NCBI GenBank assembly: GCA_963741655.1 | Contig: CAVUIQ010000009.1 | Location: 223,624-287,623, forward strand | Source: an uncultured Thermoleophilia bacterium | GTDB taxonomy: Bacteria > Actinomycetota > Thermoleophilia > Gaiellales > Gaiellaceae | Length of the DNA: 64,000 bases | Reading direction: 5' to 3' | Shown: positions 23,202 through 32,851 of the stretch, in pieces | How positions within the stretch are numbered: the stretch's first letter is position 1 | How the letters are laid out: each line of letters starts with the position of its first letter | Program-made: the position numbers and the translations under genes | Notes under the pieces: model-generated | The model's database searches: none | The model's input: only the letters and a program-made list of their open reading frames with translations | Told to the model about the DNA's origin: nothing

Positions 23202-23983
23202 TGGAGGAACGGCGACTCGGGCCGGTGGTGGGTCTCGGGACGTACCAGACGTTCCTCGACGACGTGCAACTCGCGAGCGATGTCGTCGGTGCCGCGATCG
23301 ATGGTGGTTCCACCGTGTTCGACTCGTCCCCGATGTACGGGCCGGCCGAGGGATCGCTCGGAGCGGCACTTCACGGCAGGCGTGATGCGGCGGTCGTGGC
23401 GACGAAGATCTGGTCCGCGTCGGTCGAGGAAGGGCGTCGCCAGTACGAGGCGCAACTCGGATTCTTCGGCCGAGTCGAGATCCAGCAGGTGCACAACCTC
23501 CTGGCGTGGCGGGAGCATGCCGCGTGGATCGCGGAGGAACGCGATGCGGGACGGATCGACCGGGTGGGCGTCACGCACTTCGACGCGGGTGGGGTGGAGG
23601 GCTTCGAGGAGGCGATGCGCAGCGGCTTCTTCGATTGCGTCCAGATTCCGCTGAACCCCCTCGAGCGCGAGTGCGAGGCGCGCATCCTCCCGCTGGCCGA
23701 GGAGCTCGGGCTGGCCGTCATCGTGATGCGGCCGCTCGGCGGCGCCCGGGACAGGACACTGCGGCCCGGTCCGCCCGTTGAGGCGCTCGCGCCGCTGCGT
23801 CCTTTCGGCGTCGAGACCTGGGCCCAGGCGCTCCTCAAGTGGTGCCTCGCCGACACCAGGGTCGATCTGGTGATCCCTGCGACATCGAAGCCGGAACGGG
23901 CGCGCGAGAATGCCGCCGCGGGCTTTGGGCCGCCGTTCGGCGCCGACGAGCGACGGCTCGTCGAGGAGCTTGCGGGCGCCTGA
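23198..23983 (+). CDS. Aldo/keto reductase
   Basis: VGLGT, FDSSPMYG, VATKIW, QVHNL, MRPLGG, IPATSKPER. Confidence 0.9.
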   Translation: MMEERRLGPVVGLGTYQTFLDDVQLASDVVGAAIDGGSTVFDSSPMYGPAEGSLGAALHGRRDAAVVATKIWSASVEEGRRQYEAQLGFFGRVEIQQVHNLLAWREHAAWIAEERDAGRIDRVGVTHFDAGGVEGFEEAMRSGFFDCVQIPLNPLERECEARILPLAEELGLAVIVMRPLGGARDRTLRPGPPVEALAPLRPFGVETWAQALLKWCLADTRVDLVIPATSKPERARENAAAGFGPPFGADERRLVEELAGA

Positions 23984-24033
23984 GTCGTCGCGCTCGGCCC
24001 GAGGGGTGACGGTTCCTGTATCGTCCCGCCGCG

Positions 24034-25143
24034 ATGCAGATCGGTGTTGCCAGGGAGATCAAGAAGCGCGAATATCGCGTCGCTCTGACGCCCGCCGGAG
24101 CGCTCGAGCTCGTTCGGCGCGGCCATGAGGTTGCGATCGAACGGGGAGCGGGCGAGGGTTCCGGTTTCGCCGATGCGGCCTACGAGGCGGTCGGCGCGCG
24201 GATCGAATCCGTCGACGACGTCTGGGGCGGGGCGGATCTGCTGCTCAAGGTGAAGGAGCCGATCGCCGACGAGTACGGCCGGCTCCGCGAGGGCCTGACG
24301 CTCTTCACGTACCTCCACATCGCAGCGGACGAGCCTCTGACGCGCGCCCTCGTCGACTCGGGGATCACGGCGATCGCCTACGAGACGGTCGAGAAGGCCG
24401 ACCGACAATTGCCGCTGCTCGCCCCGATGAGCGAAGTGGCCGGGCGGCTTGCGCCACAGATGGGTGCCTGGTCGCTCGAGAAGGCGCACGGTGGCCGCGG
24501 GATCCTCCTCGGCGGTGTCCCCGGCGTGCCGCCGGGCAGGGTCGTGATTCTCGGCGGTGGCGTCGTCGGTCTCAACGCGGCGATCATCGCCCTCGGGATG
24601 CAGGCGGATGTCTGGGTGTTGGACAAGTCGGTCGAGCGCATGCGGGAGCTCGAGATCGCGCTCGACGGTCGCGTCACGCTCGCGATGTCGAACCGCCTCC
24701 AGATCGAGGAGGTGCTCGCCGAGGCCGACATGGTGATCGGAGCCGTGCTCGTGCCGGGTGCAATCGCGCCGAAGCTCGTGACGAGGGAGATGCTCGGACT
24801 GATGCGGCCAGGCTCGGTGCTCGTCGATGTGGCGATCGACCAGGGAGGGTGCTTCGAGACGTCCCACGCGACGACGCACGACGACCCGGTCTTCGAGGTC
24901 GACGGCATCGTCCACTACTGCGTCGCGAACATGCCTGGTGCGGTTCCGGTCACGGCGACGAAGGGGCTGACGAACGTCACGCTGCCCTACGTCGAGGCGC
25001 TCGCCGACAAGGGCGTGGCGGGTGCGATCGAGGGCGATCCCGCGCTCGCGAAGGGCGTGAACGTGGTGGCGGGCAAGATCACGTACGAGGCGGTCGCACA
25101 GGCGCACGGCCTCGACTACGTCCCGCTGGCCGACGCGCTGTAG
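24034..25143 (+). CDS. ald: Alanine dehydrogenase
   Basis: EYRVALTP, KVKEP, FTYLH, PMSEVAGR, GGGVVG, DVAIDQGGC, HYCVANMPGAVP. Confidence 0.97.
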   Translation: MQIGVAREIKKREYRVALTPAGALELVRRGHEVAIERGAGEGSGFADAAYEAVGARIESVDDVWGGADLLLKVKEPIADEYGRLREGLTLFTYLHIAADEPLTRALVDSGITAIAYETVEKADRQLPLLAPMSEVAGRLAPQMGAWSLEKAHGGRGILLGGVPGVPPGRVVILGGGVVGLNAAIIALGMQADVWVLDKSVERMRELEIALDGRVTLAMSNRLQIEEVLAEADMVIGAVLVPGAIAPKLVTREMLGLMRPGSVLVDVAIDQGGCFETSHATTHDDPVFEVDGIVHYCVANMPGAVPVTATKGLTNVTLPYVEALADKGVAGAIEGDPALAKGVNVVAGKITYEAVAQAHGLDYVPLADAL

Positions 25144-25148
25144 ATGGC

Positions 25149-25751
25149 TCAGGCGCTGCTCGCGCTGCGCCACGACGATCCCGGCCTTCCACCCAGGCGC
25201 CCGACCCCCGGGCGGCGGTTGCACGGTCTCGACCGGCAGGCCGCTGCGAGCGATCAGCCACGAGATCACCGAGTTGGAGTTCCACATGTCGCCCGTTTCG
25301 CTCTCGTCTCGCCCCCAGACGAGCGTCGGCACGTGCGGCGTGAGGCTGAGGACCCGTTCTGCGACGGTGGCGTCGGTGGAGAGCTCGCGGGGGCTGTCGA
25401 CCGCCTCAACGACGTCGGGGATCGATCCCGTTCCGCCAGCAGCGCACCTCGTAGCGAAAGATCCGTAGGCGTCCGCGCGAGTCGACTCCCGACGGCGCCT
25501 TCGGCGACGGCGCCTCGTGCGGCCGGGTCACCGCCCGTCACGGGAGTCACTTCGATCACGAATCGGCCGGAGGGGGCGCTCACGACGAGTGCGGAGTGAT
25601 AGAGGGCGAGGGGGCGGCGTCTCTCGATTCGCGCGACCACGCCTTCGTAGACACGACCGTTGATTCGTACGGAGCGGCCGCCTGCCCCGAGTGGAAGCCA
25701 GTACAGTGCGACTCCCGCAGGGCCGTCCGCCGTTCAACCCGGTCTCGTCAC
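25149..25751 (-). pseudogene. Broken hypothetical gene, possibly a permuted papain-like protein (several indels plus an in-frame TGA at 25734-25736)
   Basis: Joined frames give LYWLPLGAGGRSVRINGRVYE...LYHSALVV...RYEVRCW...WGRDE...MWNSNSVISWL...RAPGW. Confidence 0.55.
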
Positions 25752-25814
25752 GACGCGATCTCGCCTCGGGCCGTCGCTCGCAAGGATCGGCGCGGCTCAC
25801 CAGGCGTGCTCCGG

Positions 25815-25949
25815 TCAGGTCTTGTCGGGCTTGGGCTTCGCCGTCTTCATCGGCGAGATCTTCACCACGAGGTACGTGACCCCGGCGGAGAGGGCGAGGA
25901 TGGAGCACACGTAGAACACGAGCTCCAGCAGTCCGAGAACAGTTCGCAT
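25815..25949 (-). CDS. Small single-pass membrane protein (44 aa), absent from the ORF track
   Basis: MRTVLGLLELVFYVCSILALSAGVTYLVVKISPMKTAKPKPDKT*; GC-rich third codon positions; TAGTCT 9 nt upstream. Confidence 0.7.
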   Translation of the reverse strand: MRTVLGLLELVFYVCSILALSAGVTYLVVKISPMKTAKPKPDKT

Positions 25950-25969
25950 GTCGTGCGTAGACTACCGGC

Positions 25970-27139
25970 ATGCCGCGGGCCTGCGTGATTGTGCTCGATG
26001 CCGTTGGTGCGGGTGAGTTGCCGGATGCTGCCGAGTGGGGGGATGAGGGCTCGGACACGCTCGGAAACGTCGCTCGCGCCGTCGGCGGTCTCGACCTGCC
26101 CAACCTCGAGGCGCTCGGGCTCGGAAACGTCGAGCCTCTCGAAGGGTGTCCGCCGCAGCCGGGCGCTCCGGCGGTCGCCGGCAGGCTGCTCGAACGCTCG
26201 AAGGGCAAGGACACGACGGCCGGTCACTGGGAGCTCATGGGCGTCGTCACCGCGGTCGCGTTCCCGACCTACCCGTACGGCTTCCCGGACGACGTGATCG
26301 ATCCGTTCATGAACCGTACGGCGCGCGGCGTGCTCTGCAACAAGCCCGCTTCCGGAACCGAGGTGATCCTCGAGTACGGCGAGCAGCATCAGAAGACCGG
26401 GAAGTGGATCGTCTACACCTCGGCCGACTCGGTGTTCCAGATCGCAGCGCACGAGGACACGATCCCGCTCGAGGAGCTCTACGACGCGTGCCGGGCGGCG
26501 CGCGAGATCCTGACCGGCAAGCATGCCGTCGGGCGGGTCATCGCCCGCCCGTTCACCGGAACGCCCGGGAAGTACGAGCGAACCACGAACCGCCACGATT
26601 TCTCGCTCGAGCCCCGGCGTCCGAACTACCTCAGCGCGATCCGCGACGCCGGGCACACGACATACGGCGTGGGGAAGATCTCCGACATCTTCGCCGGCTG
26701 CGATATCGACGAGTCGTTCCCGACGAAGTCGAACGTCGACGGGATCAACCGGACGATCGAGCTGCTCGAGAACATCGATGACGGCTTCGTCTTCACGAAT
26801 CTCGTCGAGACCGATCAGCTCTGGGGCCATCGCAACGATCCCGTGAACTTCCATCGCTGCCTGCAGGATTTCGACCGGCGGCTCCCCGACATTCTCGAGA
26901 CGCTGCGCCCCGGGGATCTCCTCATCATCACGTCTGACCACGGGTGCGATCCGACGACACCGTCGAGTGATCACTCGCGCGAGTACGCGATGCTGCTCGC
27001 CTATGCGGCCGGGCGAAACGCGGCCGGGCGGATCCACGAGGACGGTGAGTTCGGCGATGTCGGCGCGACGGTTTGTGCCTGGCTCGGCGCGAAGCATCCG
27101 GGCAAGGGCGCCCCGGGCACGCCGATCATCGAGCCGTGA
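25970..27139 (+). CDS. deoB: Phosphopentomutase
   Basis: IVLDAVG, GKDTTAGHWE, YTSADSVFQIAAHE, RVIARPF, WGHRND, TSDHGCDP. Confidence 0.97.
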   Translation: MPRACVIVLDAVGAGELPDAAEWGDEGSDTLGNVARAVGGLDLPNLEALGLGNVEPLEGCPPQPGAPAVAGRLLERSKGKDTTAGHWELMGVVTAVAFPTYPYGFPDDVIDPFMNRTARGVLCNKPASGTEVILEYGEQHQKTGKWIVYTSADSVFQIAAHEDTIPLEELYDACRAAREILTGKHAVGRVIARPFTGTPGKYERTTNRHDFSLEPRRPNYLSAIRDAGHTTYGVGKISDIFAGCDIDESFPTKSNVDGINRTIELLENIDDGFVFTNLVETDQLWGHRNDPVNFHRCLQDFDRRLPDILETLRPGDLLIITSDHGCDPTTPSSDHSREYAMLLAYAAGRNAAGRIHEDGEFGDVGATVCAWLGAKHPGKGAPGTPIIEP

Positions 27140-27144
27140 GCCGG

Positions 27145-27870
27145 ATGCCCGTCCAGGAGCTCGACGACCCCGTCTACGTGTCGGAGCAGTACGCGACCGA
27201 GCACGGTCTCGCTGCGCGCAAGGCCATCTACGCCGACATCACCGGGCCGAACGCACGTGATGTTGCTCTCGAGGCTGTTCTGGAGCAGGAGCCCACGGCG
27301 GTGCTCGAGGTCGGATGCGGCGAGGGCGAGCTGGCAGAGCAGATCGCTGCAGTACCGGGGATCGAGGTCGTGGCGGTCGATCTCTCGCCCCGGATGGTCG
27401 AGGTGACGGCGGCCCGCGGCGTCGACGCTCGCGTCGCCGACGTTCAGGCGCTGCCGTTTGCGGACGCGTCGTTCGATGTCGTGGTGGCTGTGTGGATGCT
27501 CTACCACGTGCCGGATCTCGATCGCGGGATCGAAGAGATCGTTCGCGTGTTGCGTCCGGGGGGAGTGCTCGTAGCCGGCACGAACGCCCCGGGGCATCTT
27601 GCGGAGGTGCTCCAGCTCGCAGGTCTGAGGGGGTGGGAGCTCGGATTTGACGGCGAGAACGGGCAGGCTCGACTCGAGGCGCATTTCGCCCGGGTCGAGC
27701 GCCGTGAGGCCTACGGCACGGTCACGCTCGCCGACATCGACGCGGTGCGGTCGTATTACGGCTCGTCGCAGCGCTTGCAGCCCCATGCGAGCGCGCTGCC
27801 TCTGAAGCTCGAGGAGCCGCTCGTCGCGAAGCGGATGCCTGTCGTCTTCATTGCCGAGAAGGACTCGTGA
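27145..27870 (+). CDS. Class I SAM-dependent methyltransferase
   Basis: LEVGCGEG, VDLSPRM, LPFADASFD, MLYHVPD, LRPGG. Confidence 0.88.
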   Translation: MPVQELDDPVYVSEQYATEHGLAARKAIYADITGPNARDVALEAVLEQEPTAVLEVGCGEGELAEQIAAVPGIEVVAVDLSPRMVEVTAARGVDARVADVQALPFADASFDVVVAVWMLYHVPDLDRGIEEIVRVLRPGGVLVAGTNAPGHLAEVLQLAGLRGWELGFDGENGQARLEAHFARVERREAYGTVTLADIDAVRSYYGSSQRLQPHASALPLKLEEPLVAKRMPVVFIAEKDS

Positions 27871-29165
27871 TGCGTCCGGCAGACCTGATCGAGCGCAAGC
27901 GGAACGGTGAGGAGCTCCCTGCAGCCGACGTCGCCGAGCTCGTGCTCGCCTACGCGCGAGACGAGGTGCCGGACTACCAGATGGCCGCGTTCTGCATGGC
28001 CGTCTACTTCCGGGGCATGACGCCGGCAGAGACGTTCGCGCTCACGGAGGCGATGATCGCCTCGGGCGACACGCTCGACACCGGAGCGGCGCTCGGCCGG
28101 AAGGTCGTGGACAAGCACTCGACCGGCGGCGTGGGAGACAAGACGTCGATCGCGGTAGGCCCGATCGTCGCGGCGTGCGGTGTGCCGCTCGGCAAGATGA
28201 GTGGAAGGGGACTCGGCCACACCGGCGGCACGCTCGACAAGCTCGAAGCGATTCCCGGCTTCCGGGTCGAGCTCACGACCGAGGAGATGGTCGCCCAGCT
28301 CCGCGACATCGGTGTTGCGATCATCGGCCAGAGTGCGAACCTCGTACCCGCAGACAAGAAGCTCTATGCCCTTCGCGATGTGACGGCAACGGTGGACATC
28401 GTGCCCCTGATCGCCTCCTCGATCATGTCCAAGAAGCTCGCCGCCGGCGCGGACGCGATCGTGCTCGACGTCAAGGTCGGCGACGGTGCGTTCATGAAGA
28501 CGCTGGACGAGGCGAGCGTGCTCGCGCAGGAGATGCTCGAGCTCGGCCGTCGCGCAGGCAAGGAGGTGACGTGTCTCCTCACGGACATGGACCAGCCACT
28601 CGGGCGTGCCGTCGGCAACGCGCTCGAGATCCGCGAGGCGCTCGATACCGTTCGCGGCGAGGGCCCCGACGACTTCACCGAGCTCGTGCTCGACGCCTGC
28701 GCGCGCCTTCTCGCCTACTCGGATCTCGGGATCGGACACGAGGAGGGCCGCCGCCGAGCCGAGGCCGCCGTTGCCGACGGTTCCGCCCACGACACGTACG
28801 AGCGGTGGATTCGGGCGCAGGGCGGCGACCCAGACCCACGGTCTCTGCCCGAGGCGCCGGTTCGACGCGCGGTGACAGCACCACGCGACGGCGTCGTCTC
28901 CCGCGTCGGCGCACTCGCCGTCGGCATCGCAGCGCTCGAGCTCGGGGCCGGCAGGCGGACGAAGGAGGACGCGATCGATCCTGCGGTCGGGGTGCTCTGC
29001 TTCGCGAAGCGCGGGGACACCGTGCTTGCAGGCGACGACCTCGCCGAGGTCCACGCACGGGACGACGCTTCCGCTCAGGTCGCCGCCAACGCGATCCTCG
29101 CTGCCTACACGATCGCCGACGAGGCGCCCGCATCCCGCGGCATCCTCCTCGAAGTCATCTCCTGA
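27867..29165 (+). CDS. pdp: Pyrimidine-nucleoside / thymidine phosphorylase
   Basis: DKHSTGGVGDK, KMSGRGLGHTGGTLDKLE, PADKKLYALRDVT, SIMSKKLA. Confidence 0.96.
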   Translation: MMRPADLIERKRNGEELPAADVAELVLAYARDEVPDYQMAAFCMAVYFRGMTPAETFALTEAMIASGDTLDTGAALGRKVVDKHSTGGVGDKTSIAVGPIVAACGVPLGKMSGRGLGHTGGTLDKLEAIPGFRVELTTEEMVAQLRDIGVAIIGQSANLVPADKKLYALRDVTATVDIVPLIASSIMSKKLAAGADAIVLDVKVGDGAFMKTLDEASVLAQEMLELGRRAGKEVTCLLTDMDQPLGRAVGNALEIREALDTVRGEGPDDFTELVLDACARLLAYSDLGIGHEEGRRRAEAAVADGSAHDTYERWIRAQGGDPDPRSLPEAPVRRAVTAPRDGVVSRVGALAVGIAALELGAGRRTKEDAIDPAVGVLCFAKRGDTVLAGDDLAEVHARDDASAQVAANAILAAYTIADEAPASRGILLEVIS

Positions 29166-29245
29166 GCAGGCTGCTCCGACGGGCGACGTGGCCGCGTGCG
29201 TCGCGTTCCGACAGTGCGGACACACCTCCCGCCTAGACTGGGGCC

Positions 29246-30076
29246 ATGCCCGAGCTTCCCGAGGTCGAGACGGTACGACGGGCCATCGCTCCGATCCTCG
29301 AGGGCGCCCGTCTCGAGGACGTCGAGATCTCTGACGCGCGCCTCGTCCGGCCGTTCGACCCGGGTGTCGTCGCGTCAGAGCTCGTCGGGGAGCGCGTGGA
29401 GACGGTCGGTCGGCGCGGCAAGTATCTGATCGTGGGGTTCGATTCGGGTCGCTCTCTGCTCGTTCACCTCCGGATGACGGGATCGTTGCGGTACGCGAGT
29501 CGTGGGACGCTGGCCGACGATCCTCACACTCGCGCTGTTCTCAGATTAGACAATGGATCGGACGTCGCCTACCGCGATGTCCGCCGTTTCGGCACCTGGG
29601 AGCTGTTCGAGGCCGGAGACCTCGGCCCATACCTCGCCGCACGACTCGGGCCGGAACCCCTCGGTTCTCTCTCCGCGGCTCGGCTCGGCGGCCGACTCGA
29701 AGGCCGACGGGCGCCTCTGAAGGCGGCCCTCCTCGACCAGCGCACGATCGCAGGGCTCGGGAACATCTACGTCGACGAGGCGCTGTGGATCAGTTGCCTG
29801 CATCCGCTTCGCGTCGCCGGCAGCCTCGACCGCGAGGAGCTCGAACGCCTTCACCGGGCGATCCGGCGCGTGCTGCGCAAGGCGATCGAGCGTCAGGGCT
29901 CGACCCTTCGCGACTACGCGCAGCCCGACGGAAGCTACGGCTCGATGCAGGATGAATTCAGGGCGTATGGGCGTGGAGGAGACCCGTGCGACCGCTGCTC
30001 TGCGCCGCTCGTCCGGATCGTGGTCGGGGGCCGGACGACGACCTACTGCCCGGACTGCCAGACGCTGCCGACGTAG
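29246..30076 (+). CDS. mutM: Formamidopyrimidine-DNA glycosylase
   Basis: MPELPEVET, RRGKYL, HLRMTG, GLGNIYVDE, C-terminal CxxC...CPDCQ zinc finger. Confidence 0.97.
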   Translation: MPELPEVETVRRAIAPILEGARLEDVEISDARLVRPFDPGVVASELVGERVETVGRRGKYLIVGFDSGRSLLVHLRMTGSLRYASRGTLADDPHTRAVLRLDNGSDVAYRDVRRFGTWELFEAGDLGPYLAARLGPEPLGSLSAARLGGRLEGRRAPLKAALLDQRTIAGLGNIYVDEALWISCLHPLRVAGSLDREELERLHRAIRRVLRKAIERQGSTLRDYAQPDGSYGSMQDEFRAYGRGGDPCDRCSAPLVRIVVGGRTTTYCPDCQTLPT

Positions 30077-30112
30077 CGTCGGTGCCGGGATGCCCGGGGA
30101 CTGCGTGAGCCG

Positions 30113-30367
30113 CTACGCGGCGAACCGCTCGGCCAGCGCGCCGGAGCGCCTGAGCGCGGCAAGCTCGTCGTAGCCGCCGACCGGCCGGCCGTCGATCATG
30201 ACGAGCGGCACCGTCCACTGGTGGCCGAGATCGTAGACCCGCTGCCGAAAGTGGGGATCGTCGTCGAGGGGAACGTTGTCGTACGGGAGGCCGAGCTCGT
30301 CGAGGAGTGCCCTGGCGCGGATGCAATAACCGCACCACGCGGTCGTATAGAGGACGATGTCGGGCAC
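30113..30367 (-). CDS. Glutaredoxin
   Basis: YTTAWCGYC, WTVPLV, VGGYDEL. Confidence 0.9.
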   Translation of the reverse strand: MPDIVLYTTAWCGYCIRARALLDELGLPYDNVPLDDDPHFRQRVYDLGHQWTVPLVMIDGRPVGGYDELAALRRSGALAERFAA

Positions 30368-30462
30368 CGGGGAGCATAAACGCCTGCATCTCAGCTGGTA
30401 TTCCCGCTGGAAGGGGGAAGAACCCTGTCCGCTCCGGCCATCGCCACTCGTACACTGGAGCC

Positions 30463-31206
30463 ATGGCTCGGTCGACCACCAGCGAGGCCGTCGTGCTCCG
30501 CTCCTTCCGGCTCGGCGAGGCCGATCGGATCCTGCACGTGTACACCGAGGACAGAGGACGCGTCGGCGCCGTGGCCAAGGGCGTCCGCAAGACGAAGTCA
30601 CGGTTCGGTGCGCGCCTCGAGCCCTTCTCTCACGTCGAACTCGTGCTCCACCAGGGGCGCGGCGAGCTCGAGACCGTGACCGGTGCCTCACTCGTGCGTT
30701 CGCACGACCGCATTCGCTCCGAGCCGTACAGGCTCCAGGTGGGGACGATCGGGCTCGAGGCGATGCTGAAGCTCTTCACCGAGCAGGAAGCCAACGAGAA
30801 GGCGTTCCTGGCGCTGACGCGGTTCCTCGACGCGCTCGACGAGGCCCCGTTGCAGCGCGGATCGCGCGCGGCGCTCGACCCGGTCGTCCTTTCGTTTCAG
30901 CTCAAGCTGCTCTGGGTCTCGGGCTACATGCCTCACCTCGAGACCTGCGTCGAATGTGGCTCGGCCGACCAGCTCATCGCGTTCCTCCCCGCAGCGGGTG
31001 GTGGGGCCTGCGGCGGTTGCGATCCGGGTGGGATCGCGCTCTCGCCCGAGGGCGTCCACGGGATGCGGGTGCTGCTCCACTCGCCGATCGCGGCCGCTGC
31101 GACAGCCGGTCTCGGCGAGCAGGCCCAACGCGACGCGCACGCCGTCGTGACGGCCTCGTACGAGCACCACGGTGGCTTCCGCCTGAAGACGGTGGCCGCT
31201 CCGTAG
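30463..31206 (+). CDS. recO: DNA repair protein RecO
   Basis: GEADRIL, AKGVRKTKSRFGARLEPF, CVECG...CGGC zinc motif. Confidence 0.94.
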   Translation: MARSTTSEAVVLRSFRLGEADRILHVYTEDRGRVGAVAKGVRKTKSRFGARLEPFSHVELVLHQGRGELETVTGASLVRSHDRIRSEPYRLQVGTIGLEAMLKLFTEQEANEKAFLALTRFLDALDEAPLQRGSRAALDPVVLSFQLKLLWVSGYMPHLETCVECGSADQLIAFLPAAGGGACGGCDPGGIALSPEGVHGMRVLLHSPIAAAATAGLGEQAQRDAHAVVTASYEHHGGFRLKTVAAP

Positions 31207-31263
31207 CGAGATGCTTGCGGCGCGACACCTCTGGCTCGCAACCGGCTGCGTCTGGGCTGCGCG

Positions 31264-31839
31264 CTAGAAGCGCTCGAGCACGTTCTGGAGCGCGCCGTCG
31301 GCGACCAGCTGCTCGGTGAGCTCGTTGCGCCCGGGCCGTACCTCGCGCTGCATGACGCCGTCCTCGTCGAGCCGGTACTGACCGACCCAGTCGAGCCGCG
31401 GCGAGTAGACGTGCACGGAGACGGCAGGCAGGCCGCCTTCGTGGTTGACGCGGTGGATGTAGCCGGGCCCACCTCGCCGCGTGTCGCCCTCCTGGAGCGT
31501 CCGTGACTGGGGCTCGCCGCCGTACACCATCAGGTCCTCGCGCACACAGCCGCGCGCAATGCAGAGACCGACGCCCGAGATGTAGTGATCGTGGAATCCG
31601 GTGCCCTGGCCCGGCATCCAGGAGAGCACCCAGGCGTCCATGCGGTCGTCCTCGTAGACGAGCTCGTAGCGTCGGTGCGTGGCGTCGTCGTGGACGAGGG
31701 GCTCCCAGAGGTCGGTGCGGGCCGCGAGGCCACGGGCCACGTCCTCGAGCTCAACCGGGGTAAGCAGGCCCTCGTGGGGGACGAGCCCATCGAGAGAGCT
31801 CAGCGCGGGGACGAACAACGACTCGGTAGACACGGTCAT
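31264..31839 (-). CDS. Cysteine dioxygenase-family cupin (start could be 31848)
   Basis: WVLSWMPGQGTGFHDH, IHRV, SVHVYSP. Confidence 0.85.
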   Translation of the reverse strand: MTVSTESLFVPALSSLDGLVPHEGLLTPVELEDVARGLAARTDLWEPLVHDDATHRRYELVYEDDRMDAWVLSWMPGQGTGFHDHYISGVGLCIARGCVREDLMVYGGEPQSRTLQEGDTRRGGPGYIHRVNHEGGLPAVSVHVYSPRLDWVGQYRLDEDGVMQREVRPGRNELTEQLVADGALQNVLERF

Positions 31840-31901
31840 TTCATGCATGGTACTGCACCGGGCGGATGTTGCGTCAAGGAATTGTCCAGATCCTAGGCGC
31901 C

Positions 31902-32352
31902 TCACTCGAAGAGCCGTCGGAATGCCCTGCCGCGGGTCGCGCGCACCTCATCCGGTGGTGGGATCAGGTCACGGTTGCGGATCAGCCAGATGCCGATCAC
32001 GACAACGAGCGCGAAGATGCCCGCGAGCGCGAACACGTCGGCCGGGTTGAAGGCGATCAGGCCGCGATCTCCGCCGACGGTGAGTGGGTTCGGAACCTCC
32101 ATTCCGTTCCAGGCCGCGGAGAGGCTGTTGCCCGAGAAGGCCTGCGGTCAGGAGACCAGCTGCCGGCGCGACGAGAACCGACGGGATCCGGGAAACCGCG
32201 ATCATCCCCACAAGCAACCCAAGGGACAGGGCGAGCCAACCCAGGGATCGCTCGTGGTACGCCCAGGCTTCGGTCGGCAGGGCCGCCTTCACGAGCAGAT
32301 CGACGGCAGCGAGCGGCAGCGCCACGCAGAGCATGATCCCGACCCGTCCCAC
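31902..32352 (-). CDS. Signal peptidase II (LspA)-like membrane protein, degenerate (frameshift near 32130)
   Basis: AAVDLLVKA, G(LL)GN, AFNPADV and about four TM segments, but the GNxxDR and VxDF motifs are replaced. Confidence 0.55.
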
Positions 32353-32404
32353 GCTGACGACGGTACAGGAGCAGCGGTCTCAGCCGCCGGGCAGGATAGA
32401 GACG

Positions 32405-32829
32405 ATGGAATCTCCACCTCGACGGAGGGTTCGTGCTCGACGACGATCGCAGCCGCATCGACTGTGAGGCCGTGCACGCGTTCCTCTCGACGTCGTACTG
32501 GGCCACCGGCCGAAGCCGAGAGCTGGTCGACGAGCTCGATTGCGACCGCTGCGCGCGTCGTCGGCCTCTACGGCCCCGACGGGCGACAGGTGGGCTTTGC
32601 GCGCGTCGTCTCGGACAGCCGCACTGTCTCGTACCTCGCCGATGTCTACGTCCTGGAGCAGTTCCGCGGTCGAGGCCTCGGTGTCGAGCTCGTCCGGTTC
32701 ACGGTCGACGAGGGAGAGATGGCGCAGACCAAGTGGCTTCTGCACACGCGCGACATGCACCGCCTCTATGCCAAGGTCGGTTTCGCACCGCCGGACGGGC
32801 GTGCGATGGAGCGCTGGCCGGTTCGCTGA
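32405..32829 (+). CDS. GNAT N-acetyltransferase (frameshifts near 32410 and 32538)
   Basis: DDDRSRID..AVHAFLSTSYWA, QVGFARVVSD, YLADVYV, RGRGLG, LHTRDMHRLYAKVGF. Confidence 0.85.
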
Positions 32830-32851
32830 GCGCAGGCCCTGCGACGGACGT

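Noticed and set aside
25734-25736. In-frame TGA near the start of the broken hypothetical gene, considered as selenocysteine or readthrough
   Set aside because: Not in a redox motif, no SECIS evident, and the gene has other lesions.
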